A stretch of 64,000 nucleotides of DNA, taken from NCBI GenBank assembly GCA_963739455.1, contig CAVUAK010000001.1:2208001-2272000 (forward strand). The letters run 5' to 3'. Position numbers and translations under genes: made by a program. Positions 11,534 to 20,830 of this stretch are shown here, one piece after another. The notes under the pieces were generated by a model, which was not told the DNA's origin, searched no databases, and was given only the letters and a program-made list of their open reading frames with translations. Each line of letters opens with the position of its first letter. Position 1 is the first letter of the stretch. The stretch comes from an uncultured Gemmatimonadales bacterium. Its GTDB lineage: Bacteria > Gemmatimonadota > Gemmatimonadetes > Gemmatimonadales > GWC2-71-9.

Positions 11534-12366
11534 CGGCTGCTGCGGTGACGCTTGGCGCGCAGATGGCCACTGCGGTGGCGGCGATCCGCCGACGCAGCGC
11601 GTTCGTGCCCGAAGTCGGGATGATCCTCGGCACCGGTCTCGGTGCGCTGGGCAAGAGCATCGCCGTCGAGGCGGAGATTCCCTATGCCGACATTCCGGGG
11701 TTTCCCCTCAGCACCGTCGAGTCGCATGCCGGCAAGCTGCTGCTTGGCACGCTCGCAGGCCGGCGCGTCGCTGCGTTGCAGGGGCGCTTCCACCGCTACG
11801 AGGGCTACTCACTGCAGCAGGTGACGTTCCCGGTGCGGGTGCTTCGCGCGCTCGGGGCATCAACGCTCGTGGTGTCCGGCGCGGTGGGTGGCATGCACCC
11901 GCTCTGGAACCTTGGTGACCTCGCGCTCCTGTCCGACCATATCAACCTGATGGGTGACAGTCCGCTCATCGGCCCGAACGACGACACGCTTGGCCCGCGG
12001 TTCCCCGACATGTCAGCGCCCTATGATGCGGCACTGCGCGCAACGGCGCACAAGGCGGCGCTCGAGCTCGGCATTGCGCTCCGTGAGGGGGTGTACGTGG
12101 CGGTGACCGGCCCTGCGCTCGAGACCCGCGCCGAGTACCGGATGCTGCGCGCGATGGGCGCCGACGTGGTGGGCATGTCCACGGTGCCGGAAGTGATCGT
12201 CGCGGTGCACGGGGGCATGCGCGTACTGGGCATCACGGTGGTGACGGACAAGTGCCTGCCCGATGCGCTCGAGCCGGCCGATGTGGCGACGATCATCGCG
12301 ACTGCGGAATCAGCGGAGCCGCGGCTGGCGGCGTTGCTGACGCGAATCCTGGAGAAGATGGCGTGA
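11530..12366 (+). CDS. Purine-nucleoside phosphorylase (trimeric type)
   Basis: [41 protein letters not shown]. Confidence 0.92.
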   Translation: MTAAAVTLGAQMATAVAAIRRRSAFVPEVGMILGTGLGALGKSIAVEAEIPYADIPGFPLSTVESHAGKLLLGTLAGRRVAALQGRFHRYEGYSLQQVTFPVRVLRALGASTLVVSGAVGGMHPLWNLGDLALLSDHINLMGDSPLIGPNDDTLGPRFPDMSAPYDAALRATAHKAALELGIALREGVYVAVTGPALETRAEYRMLRAMGADVVGMSTVPEVIVAVHGGMRVLGITVVTDKCLPDALEPADVATIIATAESAEPRLAALLTRILEKMA

Positions 12367-15300
12367 CGCAGTTTCCCGCCTGGCCGGAACGGGGTGCCAA
12401 CGAACTCGAGCTCGAGTTGCTGGGCCGCTGGGAAGAGGAGAAGCTCTTCCGGCAGGCGCAGGAGCTCACGGCCAATGGCACGCCATTCGTCTTCTACGAG
12501 GGCCCGCCCACTGCGAATGGGCGCCCTGGAATCCATCACGTCTTCGCGCGATCCATCAAGGACCTGATCTGTCGCTTCCGCGTCATGCAGGGTCGCCAGG
12601 TGACCCGCATTGCGGGCTGGGACACGCACGGCCTGCCGGTGGAGATCGAGGTCGAGAAGGAACTGAAGCTCAACGGCAAGAAGGCGATCGAGGAATACGG
12701 CGTCGCCCGGTTCAATGCCAAGGCGCGCGAGAGCGTGTTCCGCTACCAGTCGGACTGGGAGCAGCTCTCGAACCGCACTGGCTACTGGCTCGACTACGAG
12801 AACCCGTACGTGACGTGCAGCAACGAGTACATCGAGTCGGTGTGGTGGCTGCTGCAGCGGCTGCACCAGAAGGACATGCTGTACCGTGGCCACCGGGTGC
12901 TGCCGTACTGCCCACGCTGCGGCACGGTCCTGTCGAGCCATGAGCTGGCGCTCGGGTACGAGGAGATCCAGGACAAGTCGATCTACGTGACGTTCCCGCT
13001 GGCTGATGGCAGCGGACGTGAGCTTGTCGTGTGGACGACCACGCCGTGGACGTTGCCGAGCAACGTGGCAGTGGCGGTGCACCCGGACCTGGAGTATGCG
13101 GAGTTCGATGTGGAAGGGCGTCGCCTGATCATGGCGCGGAATCGGGGCGAACACCTGTTCCCGGGCAGTCGTCAGTCGGCAGTCGTCAGTGGGGCAGAAC
13201 TGGTCGGGCTGAGCTACAGCCGCCCGCTCGACGTGGTGCCCATGCCTGCCGACCGGAAGCACGGCATCGTGGTACCGGGTGCGTTCGTCACCGCGGAAGA
13301 TGGCTCGGGCCTGGTGCACATGGCGCCGGCGTTCGGCGCCGACGACTACGCGGCGGGGCAGGAGCATGGACTGGCACTGGTGCGCCCGGTCGCGGCAGAC
13401 GGAACCTTCCATGGCACCACCTGGCCCGAGATCGAGGGCAAGCTGGTGACAACGGCCGAGACGAACAACATCATCATCCGGCGACTGAAGGAGACCGGTC
13501 GCCTGCTCGGCGATCCCGTCTCCTACGTGCATACGTATCCCCACTGCTGGCGCTGCAAGAGCAAGCTGATCTACTACGCCCGCGATTCGTGGTTCGTGCG
13601 CACGTCGGCGGTGAAGAAGCGGATGCTCGAGATCAACGCGCACGTGAACTGGCACCCACCTGAGGTGGGGTCGGGCCGGTTCGGCGAGTGGCTGGAGAAC
13701 AATGTGGACTGGGCGCTGTCCCGGGATCGGTACTGGGGCACGCCGTTGCCGGTATGGGTGTCGGACCGCGACCCGGCGCACGTGGAGGTGATCGGCAGCT
13801 ATGCGGAGCTTGCCGCGAAAGTCGGGCGGGCACTGCCGGCCGACTTCGATCCGCACAAGCCGTTCATCGACGAGTACACCTGGCCGGCGCCGGGCGGCGG
13901 CACGATGCGTCGCTCGCCCGAGGTGATCGACACCTGGTTCGACTCGGGGTCGATGCCGTACGCGCAGTGGCACTATCCGTTCGAGCACGAAGCAGAGTTC
14001 AAGGCGCACTTCCCGGCCGACTTCATCTGCGAGGGCGTGGACCAGACGCGTGGCTGGTTCTACTCGCTGCTGGCGATCGCGACGACGGTGTTCGACAGCC
14101 CGGCGTACAAGAACGTGGTGGTGAACGAGCTGGTGCTGGACGCTGAAGGCCAGAAGATGTCGAAGACCAAGGGCAACGTGGCCGATCCCTGGGCGGCGAT
14201 CCGCGAGTTCGGCGCCGACACGGTGCGGCTGTACCTGCTTGCGTCGAGCCAGGTGTGGGCGCCGCGGCGCTTCGATGCGAAGGGGATCGCGGAGCAGGGC
14301 GCGTTCCTCAACACACTCAAGTCGACTTATCGCTTCTTCTCGCTGTATGCGGGCGACTGGTCGCCGGGTGTGGGCGCCGAGGCACCACGCTCGACGCTCG
14401 ACAACTGGGTGCTGGCGCGACTCGACGGGCTGGTCGAGGAGGTGACGGCGGCGTGGGAAGGCTACCAGGTCACCGAGGGCGTCCGGGCCATCGTCGATTT
14501 CGTGGTGGATGACCTGTCGAACTGGTATGTGCGGCTGTCGCGGGCGCGCTTCTGGGCGCCGGATCACGAGGCGGACCCGGCGGCGGTGGCCACCCTGCAT
14601 GAATGCCTCGCCACGGTGGCCCGGCTGCTGGCCCCGGCGGCTCCGTTTGCATCCGACTGGCTGCACCGCGCATTGACGGGCCAATCCGTGCATCTTTCGG
14701 GGTTTCCGGTGACCCGGCGCCGGCGGGACGAGGCGCTGGAGGGGGCGATGGACGCGGTGCGCCGGCTGACGAGCCTCGGTCGCGCGGCGCGGGAGACGAA
14801 AAACATCCGGGTGCGGCAGCCGCTCTCCGCCATGCAGGTAGCGGTGCCGGCGCGATTCCGCGGCCCGTTGTTCGATGAACTGCTGGCGCTGCTGCAGAGC
14901 GAGGTCAACGTTCGCGCGGTGAGCCCGGTGGCATCCGATGCGGACCTGGTGCGGCTCAAGGCGAAGCCGAATTTCCGGGCACTCGGCAAGAAGTTCGGGA
15001 AGCGCACGCAGGAGGCAGCCGCTGCCGTCGCGAAGCTCGATGTCGACGCGCTGCGGATGCTCGAGGAGGGCGGTACCGCGCCGCTCGACGGACTGGGCGA
15101 CGTCTCGGCTGAAGAGGTGCAGGTCGAGCGTGAAGTCACCAGCGACTGGCTGGTGCAGAGCGACGGACCGTATGTGGTGGCGCTCGACCCGTTGATCACC
15201 GACGAGTTGCGCGCCGAGGGCCTGGCCCGGGAAGTGGTGAACCGGGTGCAGCGCATGCGGAAAGAGGCAGGCTACGAATACACCACCCGAATCCGGCTAT

Positions 15301-15479
15301 GGGTCACGGGTGATGAACAGGTGCAGCGCGCGGTCACGGCCCACAACGGGTTCATCCGCGACGAGACCCTGGCGCGGGAGCTCGATGTCGGGACGCGCGG
15401 TTCGGCGCCCGACCTGGAGCAGCAGGTGGATCTCGACGGGGTCTCGGCGGTACTGGGCATCCAGCGGCACGGCGAATAA
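12363..15479 (+). CDS. ileS: Isoleucine--tRNA ligase (type 2)
   Basis: [14 protein letters not shown] in place of [26 protein letters not shown]; long IleRS2-type C-terminus. Confidence 0.95.
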   Translation: MTQFPAWPERGANELELELLGRWEEEKLFRQAQELTANGTPFVFYEGPPTANGRPGIHHVFARSIKDLICRFRVMQGRQVTRIAGWDTHGLPVEIEVEKELKLNGKKAIEEYGVARFNAKARESVFRYQSDWEQLSNRTGYWLDYENPYVTCSNEYIESVWWLLQRLHQKDMLYRGHRVLPYCPRCGTVLSSHELALGYEEIQDKSIYVTFPLADGSGRELVVWTTTPWTLPSNVAVAVHPDLEYAEFDVEGRRLIMARNRGEHLFPGSRQSAVVSGAELVGLSYSRPLDVVPMPADRKHGIVVPGAFVTAEDGSGLVHMAPAFGADDYAAGQEHGLALVRPVAADGTFHGTTWPEIEGKLVTTAETNNIIIRRLKETGRLLGDPVSYVHTYPHCWRCKSKLIYYARDSWFVRTSAVKKRMLEINAHVNWHPPEVGSGRFGEWLENNVDWALSRDRYWGTPLPVWVSDRDPAHVEVIGSYAELAAKVGRALPADFDPHKPFIDEYTWPAPGGGTMRRSPEVIDTWFDSGSMPYAQWHYPFEHEAEFKAHFPADFICEGVDQTRGWFYSLLAIATTVFDSPAYKNVVVNELVLDAEGQKMSKTKGNVADPWAAIREFGADTVRLYLLASSQVWAPRRFDAKGIAEQGAFLNTLKSTYRFFSLYAGDWSPGVGAEAPRSTLDNWVLARLDGLVEEVTAAWEGYQVTEGVRAIVDFVVDDLSNWYVRLSRARFWAPDHEADPAAVATLHECLATVARLLAPAAPFASDWLHRALTGQSVHLSGFPVTRRRRDEALEGAMDAVRRLTSLGRAARETKNIRVRQPLSAMQVAVPARFRGPLFDELLALLQSEVNVRAVSPVASDADLVRLKAKPNFRALGKKFGKRTQEAAAAVAKLDVDALRMLEEGGTAPLDGLGDVSAEEVQVEREVTSDWLVQSDGPYVVALDPLITDELRAEGLAREVVNRVQRMRKEAGYEYTTRIRLWVTGDEQVQRAVTAHNGFIRDETLARELDVGTRGSAPDLEQQVDLDGVSAVLGIQRHGE
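13167..13190 (+). repeat. Heptamer x3 (AGTCG(T/G)C) in frame within ileS
   Basis: AGTCGTC AGTCGGC AGTCGTC AGT; same unit as 4524-4553. Confidence 0.6.
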
Positions 15480-15515
15480 GGCAACGGACAACCACTCATC
15501 AGGATGGGTACGAGA

Positions 15516-15902
15516 ATGATGCCGAAGAAGGACATCGACTACTTCGAGAAGCGACTGCTGGAGGAGCGCGCGCGCGTGCTCAAGCAGCTCGGCTACTACG
15601 AGAACGAGTTCAAGGCGGGCGACCAGGCGTCGGACGGGGACCTGTCGTCGTACTCGTTCCACATGGCGGACCAGGGCACCGATGCGATGGAGCGGGAGAA
15701 GCAGTTCCTCTTCGCGTCGCAGGAGGGCCGGTACCTGTGGCACGTCAACTACGCGCTCAACAAGCTCTACAACTCGCCGGAGAAGTACGGCGTGTGCGAG
15801 GCTACCGGCAAGCCGATCCCGTTCGAGCGCCTGGACGCGCTGCCGCACGCCCGCTTCTGCATCGAGGCCAAGGAAAAGGAAGAGGATGCCAAGCGCCGCT
15901 GA
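15516..15902 (+). CDS. dksA: TraR/DksA family regulator (two-Cys variant)
   Basis: Coiled coil with HMADQGTD tip; YGVCEATGKPIPFERLDALPHARFCIEAK. Confidence 0.85.
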   Translation: MMPKKDIDYFEKRLLEERARVLKQLGYYENEFKAGDQASDGDLSSYSFHMADQGTDAMEREKQFLFASQEGRYLWHVNYALNKLYNSPEKYGVCEATGKPIPFERLDALPHARFCIEAKEKEEDAKRR

Positions 15903-16389
15903 ACGGCGCCTGTTCGCGTTGACCGCCGCCGTGGTGATCGTGCTCGACCTGGTCACCAAGGCGGCGGCCGAGGCGCACCTCATGCGGGTTACCGGCGTCC
16001 CGGTGGTTGGTGACTGGTTCCAGCTGCGCCTGGTGTACAACCAGGGAGCGGCCTTCGGCCTCCACCTCGGTCCCTTCTCGCGCTGGTTCTTCCTCGGGTT
16101 CGCGGTGCTGGCGGTGTTCGTGCTCAATTCGCTGTCGCGCTCGGCGCTGCCGGGCGACCGGTTCCGCCAGATCGCCTGCGGGCTGGTGACGGGCGGCGCC
16201 ATCGGCAACCTGCTCGACCGCATCCGCAGTGCCCGCGGCGTGGTGGACTTCCTCGACATCGGCGTCGGCTCCTACCGCTGGCCCACGTTCAACGTCGCCG
16301 ACATTGCCGTCACGTGCGGGGCCTTCGCACTCGCCCTTTCGTTCTGGCGGGAAGATGTCCGTCGGTCGGAGACGGCGAGCGCCGGATGA
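15886..16389 (+). CDS. lspA: Lipoprotein signal peptidase II
   Basis: DLVTK, NQGAAFG, GAIGNLLDR, VVDFL, FNVAD. Confidence 0.94.
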   Translation: MPSAAERRLFALTAAVVIVLDLVTKAAAEAHLMRVTGVPVVGDWFQLRLVYNQGAAFGLHLGPFSRWFFLGFAVLAVFVLNSLSRSALPGDRFRQIACGLVTGGAIGNLLDRIRSARGVVDFLDIGVGSYRWPTFNVADIAVTCGAFALALSFWREDVRRSETASAG

Positions 16390-17405
16390 CCACCGCCGAG
16401 GCCACGGTCGTCCGCTTCACGGTGCTGGCGGACGCGACCGAGCGCCTCGATCGTTTCCTCGCCGACCAACTCAGCCTTTCACGCACGCAGGCCGCCCGCA
16501 TCGTCGCGGCCGGCAGCGTGCGTGTTGCCGGCGTGGTGGTGCGCGCCTCGCGACTGCTCAAGCATCGTGAGGAAGTGATGGTCGAGATGCCGGTGGTGGA
16601 ACCGGCCCGCCACCTCCTGCCGGCCGACATTCCCCTCACAATTGTCTTCGAGGATGAGCACCTCCTCATCATCGACAAGCCGGCCGGCCTGGTGGTACAC
16701 CCGGCGCCGGGTCACTGGAACGACACGCTGGTCAACGCCCTGATGGCGCGCGGTACCCAGCTGAGCGAGGGCAGCGCCGGCCGGCCTGGCCTGGTGCACC
16801 GGCTCGATCGCGACACCTCGGGGCTGATGGTGGTCGCGAAGAACGACCTGTCGCACCGGAAGCTGGCCCACGCGATCGCGCAGCGAAAAGTGAAGCGGAC
16901 CTACGCGGCGCTGGCGTGGGGCCACCTCGATGCCAGCCCGACGGTCATGGAGGCGCGCATCGCGAGGCATCCGCAGGACCGGAAGCGGATGTGGATCAGC
17001 GACCTGGGCCGGCCATCGCGCACTGATGGGTATGTCATTGGTCGCTTTGCCTCCTGTGAGCTGCTCCGGCTGGAGCTCCATTCCGGCCGAACCCACCAGA
17101 TCCGGGTGCACCTGGAGAGCATCGGCCACCCGGTGGTGGGGGACCCGATCTACGCCGGCGGGGGCAGCCGGCGGATCCAGGGGTCCGCCCGGGCCCTGGC
17201 GGACCGGATCGAAAGGGCGACCCCCCGTCAGGCGCTCCACGCTGCCGGTCTCGCCTTCCGCCACCCCGCGAGCGGTGAGGAGCTCCAATTCCGGGCAGAA
17301 TGGCCGGCCGATCTAATGCCTGCACTCAAGCTCGCGGCAGGCCCGGAAGTCGTTGCCCCACAAGAGGCTCTAACCTATCTTCAGTTCTACGAGCGAGATG
17401 GCTGA
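16386..17405 (+). CDS. rluD: RluA/RluD-family pseudouridine synthase
   Basis: S4 domain RLDRFL, DKPAGLVVHP, HRLDRDTSG, GRTHQIRVH, GDPIY. Confidence 0.9.
   Translation: MTTAEATVVRFTVLADATERLDRFLADQLSLSRTQAARIVAAGSVRVAGVVVRASRLLKHREEVMVEMPVVEPARHLLPADIPLTIVFEDEHLLIIDKPAGLVVHPAPGHWNDTLVNALMARGTQLSEGSAGRPGLVHRLDRDTSGLMVVAKNDLSHRKLAHAIAQRKVKRTYAALAWGHLDASPTVMEARIARHPQDRKRMWISDLGRPSRTDGYVIGRFASCELLRLELHSGRTHQIRVHLESIGHPVVGDPIYAGGGSRRIQGSARALADRIERATPRQALHAAGLAFRHPASGEELQFRAEWPADLMPALKLAAGPEVVAPQEALTYLQFYERDG
17353..17381 (+). promoter_or_regulatory. Putative sigma70 promoter for the che/mgl cluster, inside the rluD 3' end
   Basis: TTGCCC-N17-TATCTT ending 16 nt before the cheW start. Confidence 0.5.
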
Positions 17406-17835
17406 CGTCCGTCCGTTGCACGCTGTCGTGTTCCGCGTCGGTGGCGTAGTCTGTGCGCTACCAGCAGGGGTTGTACGGGAGATCCTGCCGGCGGTCCGGG
17501 CTACCCGGGTGCCGGGGGTACCCCCGGCCATCGAAGGCCTGATCAACGTGCGGGGCGGTCTGGTGACGGTGGTGGACGGGCATGTCCTGCTGGGACAGCC
17601 GCGACCCGCGGAGCTGGAAATGGCCGTCCTGCTGCTCGACCGGGGCGGGAAGGTGGCCGGCCTGACGGTGGGTGAGGTGCTCGATTTTCTCGAAGTTCCG
17701 AGCGCTGCAGTCGCATCCCGGGAGCAGTTGCCGGGGGTCGATCCCTCCGTCGTGAAGGCGGTCGGGGAGTGGGGTGGGCGACGGTTCGTATTGCTCGATC
17801 TCGATGCGCTGCTGGCGCCGCTGCTCGGCGGCTGA
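17398..17835 (+). CDS. cheW: Chemotaxis coupling protein CheW
   Basis: VREI...TRVPGVPPAIEGLINVRGGLVTVVD...GLTVGEV. Confidence 0.88.
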   Translation: MADVRPLHAVVFRVGGVVCALPAGVVREILPAVRATRVPGVPPAIEGLINVRGGLVTVVDGHVLLGQPRPAELEMAVLLLDRGGKVAGLTVGEVLDFLEVPSAAVASREQLPGVDPSVVKAVGEWGGRRFVLLDLDALLAPLLGG

Positions 17836-17880
17836 CCAGCCCAAGCGCGCAATAAATCCGGTTCCTGTCGGAGGTGGTCC

Positions 17881-18243
17881 GTGGGGCACACCGTTCTCGT
17901 CTGTGACGACGCGATCTTCATGCGCACCATGATTGCCGATATCCTCGCGGCCGCGGGCTACGAGGTGATCGGCGAGGCGGAAACCGGCGCGCAGGCAGTC
18001 CAGAAATATCGTGAACTCAAGCCCGACCTCGTCACCATGGACATCGTGATGCCCGACATGGGCGGCATCGATGCAGTGCGCGAGATCTGCAAGGATGATC
18101 CCGACGCGAAGGTGCTGATGTGCAGCGCGATGGGACAGCAGGCGCTGGTGGTCGAGGCGATCCAGGCGGGGGCGAAGGACTTCGTGGTGAAGCCGTTCCA
18201 GCCGTCACGCGTGCTCGAGGCGGTGCAGCGCGTTCTGGGCTGA
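17881..18243 (+). CDS. cheY: Response regulator CheY (Bacillus/Thermotoga-like)
   Basis: VCDDAIFMR, PDLVTMDIVMP, CSAMGQQALV, KPF. Confidence 0.93.
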   Translation: MGHTVLVCDDAIFMRTMIADILAAAGYEVIGEAETGAQAVQKYRELKPDLVTMDIVMPDMGGIDAVREICKDDPDAKVLMCSAMGQQALVVEAIQAGAKDFVVKPFQPSRVLEAVQRVLG

Positions 18244-18248
18244 GCCCC

Positions 18249-20180
18249 ATGGATCTCGCGAAGTACGCGGCGCTCTTCGTCTCGGAAAGTCGCGAGCACC
18301 TGCAGCAGTGCAACCAGTTGTTGCTGGCGTGGGAGCGTGACCCGGAAGCAACTGCGCCGGTAGACGGACTGTTCCGCGCGGTGCATTCGCTCAAGGGCAT
18401 GGCGGCCACGATGGGGTTTGCGCCGCTGGCCGAGCTGGCGCACCGGGCCGAGAACCTGCTCGATGCGGTGCGGAGCGGGCGAGTCGCGGTGAAGCCGGAG
18501 CACTTCGAGCTGCTCTTCCGCTCGGTGGACGAGCTGGAGGATGGGGTCGCAAGGGCCACGACGGGGAAGGGTCTCCGCGCGGAAGCCGCATCGCTGGTGA
18601 AGGCGCTGGATGCGGCGGTGAAGATCGGGGACAAGCCGGCGGAGCCGGCAAAGGCGGGGAGGGCGGGGAAGGCGGGAGAAACGGCGAAGGCGGGTGAGGC
18701 TGCAAAGGCGGGGAGGGCGGGGAAGGCGGGTGACGAAGCGACTGCAGGCGCGAAAGATGAGCGGCCGTCGCTGGACGTGAAGATCACCGTCCGCTCCGAC
18801 GCGCTGCTCCGCGGTGCACGAGCACTGCTCGCGCTCAGGAAGGTGGAAGCACTCGGTGTCGTGTCCCGGGTGACGCCCCAGGTGAGCGAGCTGGAGCGCG
18901 AGGACTTCGACGGCAAGCTGGCGCTCCGCATCCGCACCGGTGCCGCGCCGTCCGAAGTCGATGCGGTGATCCGCTCGGCGGGTGACATCGCCGGGGTGGC
19001 GATCGACCTCGCCTCGGACGAGGCGACGGTCGATGCGAACGCGATGCGGCAGATCCGCATCGACCTGTCTCGCCTCGATGTGCTGATGAAGCTGGCGGGT
19101 GAACTGGTGGTGGCGCGAAACCGGCTGGTGGAGCTGGCCCGCGCATCGACGGACCCCGAGCTGGGGCAGGTGGGCGAGCGGATCTCGCGGCTGGTGGGCG
19201 CAGTCCAGTCGGAAGTGCTCGAGGCTCGGCTGACACCGGTGCGAGAAGTGTTCGACCGATTCCCCCGCGTGGTGCGCGACCTGGCCCGCGACCTGGGCCG
19301 GCAGGTGCGGCTCGAGGTGGAGGGCGGCGACATCGAACTGGATCGCGCGGTGCTCGATGAAGTGGCTGATCCGCTGGTGCACCTGGTCCGGAACGCGATC
19401 GACCACGGCATCGAGCCGCCGCGGGAGCGGGTGAAGGCGGGCAAGGCGGCCGAGGGACGGCTCCGGTTGTCGGCGTCGCGGGAACGGAACAGCGTGGCGA
19501 TCCGGGTGGCCGATGACGGCCGTGGCATCGACCGCTCGAAGATCCTGGCGAAGGCGAAGGCCGATGGGCTGGTGGACGCCGCTGCCGAATCGCTGGCCGA
19601 TGACCAGTTGCTGCGGATTCTCTCGCGCTCGGGCTTCAGCACGGCGGCGGTGGTGAGTGGTGTGTCGGGCCGTGGTGTCGGCGTGGACGTGGTGATGACG
19701 CGCATCCGGCAGCTCGGCGGGGCAGTGGAGCTGGTCAGCGAGCCAGGGCAGGGCACGGCGTTCGTGCTGCGGGTGCCGCTGACGCTGGCGATCGTGCGGT
19801 CGCTGCTGGTGCAGGTGGGCGAGGAACGGTATGTCGTGCCGCTCAACTACGTGAGCGAGACGATCGAGTTCTCGGCGACACCAATCACGGCGCTGGGCGA
19901 TCGCGAGGCATTGGTCATCAGGGAACAGCCGGTGCCCACGGTGCACCTGCACCGGCTGCTCAACATTGCGGGGGCGAGCACGACAGGGCGGCGGCCGGTG
20001 CTGGTGGTGCAGGTAGGGGAACGCCGGAGCGCGCTGGTGGTGGATGCACTGATTGGGCAGCAGGAAATCGTGGTGGAGCCGTTCGATGCGCCTCGCGGGA
20101 TGCCCGGCTGGTTCAGCGGGGCAACGATCCTCGCGGATGGCGCGCCGGCGCTGATCCTGGACGCGGCGGCGCTCGTCTGA
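18249..20180 (+). CDS. cheA: Chemotaxis histidine kinase CheA
   Basis: HPt LFRAVHSLKGMA, P2-like domain, LVHLVRNAIDHGIE, DDGRG, GFSTA..VSGRGVG, C-terminal CheW domain. Confidence 0.95.
   Translation: MDLAKYAALFVSESREHLQQCNQLLLAWERDPEATAPVDGLFRAVHSLKGMAATMGFAPLAELAHRAENLLDAVRSGRVAVKPEHFELLFRSVDELEDGVARATTGKGLRAEAASLVKALDAAVKIGDKPAEPAKAGRAGKAGETAKAGEAAKAGRAGKAGDEATAGAKDERPSLDVKITVRSDALLRGARALLALRKVEALGVVSRVTPQVSELEREDFDGKLALRIRTGAAPSEVDAVIRSAGDIAGVAIDLASDEATVDANAMRQIRIDLSRLDVLMKLAGELVVARNRLVELARASTDPELGQVGERISRLVGAVQSEVLEARLTPVREVFDRFPRVVRDLARDLGRQVRLEVEGGDIELDRAVLDEVADPLVHLVRNAIDHGIEPPRERVKAGKAAEGRLRLSASRERNSVAIRVADDGRGIDRSKILAKAKADGLVDAAAESLADDQLLRILSRSGFSTAAVVSGVSGRGVGVDVVMTRIRQLGGAVELVSEPGQGTAFVLRVPLTLAIVRSLLVQVGEERYVVPLNYVSETIEFSATPITALGDREALVIREQPVPTVHLHRLLNIAGASTTGRRPVLVVQVGERRSALVVDALIGQQEIVVEPFDAPRGMPGWFSGATILADGAPALILDAAALV
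18651..18730 (+). repeat. 9-mer-derived repeat in the CheA P1-P2 linker
   Basis: AAGGCGGGGAGGGCGGGGAAGGCGGG at both 18651 and 18705; encodes KAGRAGKAG. Confidence 0.8.
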
Positions 20181-20205
20181 CTGGGTAAGGGTTCGGGAGA
20201 GCACC

Positions 20206-20826
20206 ATGGACGATGTGCGGACACTGAAGGCGCACCAGCTCGACGCGCTGCGCGAGGTCGCCAATATTGGCGCCGGCCACGCGGCGACCGCGCTTTCCCA
20301 GATGACCAACCGCACCATCATGATCGCGGTGCCCGAGGTCAACGTGCGCCCGCTCGAGGACGTGGCGGAGCTCTTCGGCTCCGCTGACGCCGTCATCTCC
20401 GCGGTGCTGATGCACATGATGGGCGACCTCACGGGCCGCACCATGATCCTCTTCCCCACCGAGTCAGCCCGGAACCTCTGCGACATCCTGATGCGGCGCG
20501 CGCCCGGCACGACGCAGGAATTCGGGCCGATGGAGCAGTCGGGGCTCAAGGAGGTCGGCAACATCCTGGTGAGTGCGTACCTCACGGCGCTCAGCGACTT
20601 CATGGGGATGATGCTCGTGCCGTCGGTGCCCAGCCTCGTGATCGACCAGGCGGGGGCGATCCTCACCACCACCTACCTCAATTTCGGCCACGACCGCGAC
20701 TACGTCTTCTGCGTCGAGACGGCATTCCAGGTCGCTGGCGCGTCCGAGCAGCTTCACGGGCATTTCCTGCTGCTGCCCGACCTGCCCTCGCTGCGCGCCA
20801 TCTTCGACGCCATCCGCATCTCCTGA
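20206..20826 (+). CDS. cheC: CheY-P phosphatase CheC
   Basis: Two ExxN sites: DALREVANIGAGHAATALSQM and SGLKEVGNILVSAYLTALS. Confidence 0.92.
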   Translation: MDDVRTLKAHQLDALREVANIGAGHAATALSQMTNRTIMIAVPEVNVRPLEDVAELFGSADAVISAVLMHMMGDLTGRTMILFPTESARNLCDILMRRAPGTTQEFGPMEQSGLKEVGNILVSAYLTALSDFMGMMLVPSVPSLVIDQAGAILTTTYLNFGHDRDYVFCVETAFQVAGASEQLHGHFLLLPDLPSLRAIFDAIRIS

Positions 20827-20830
20827 CCCG

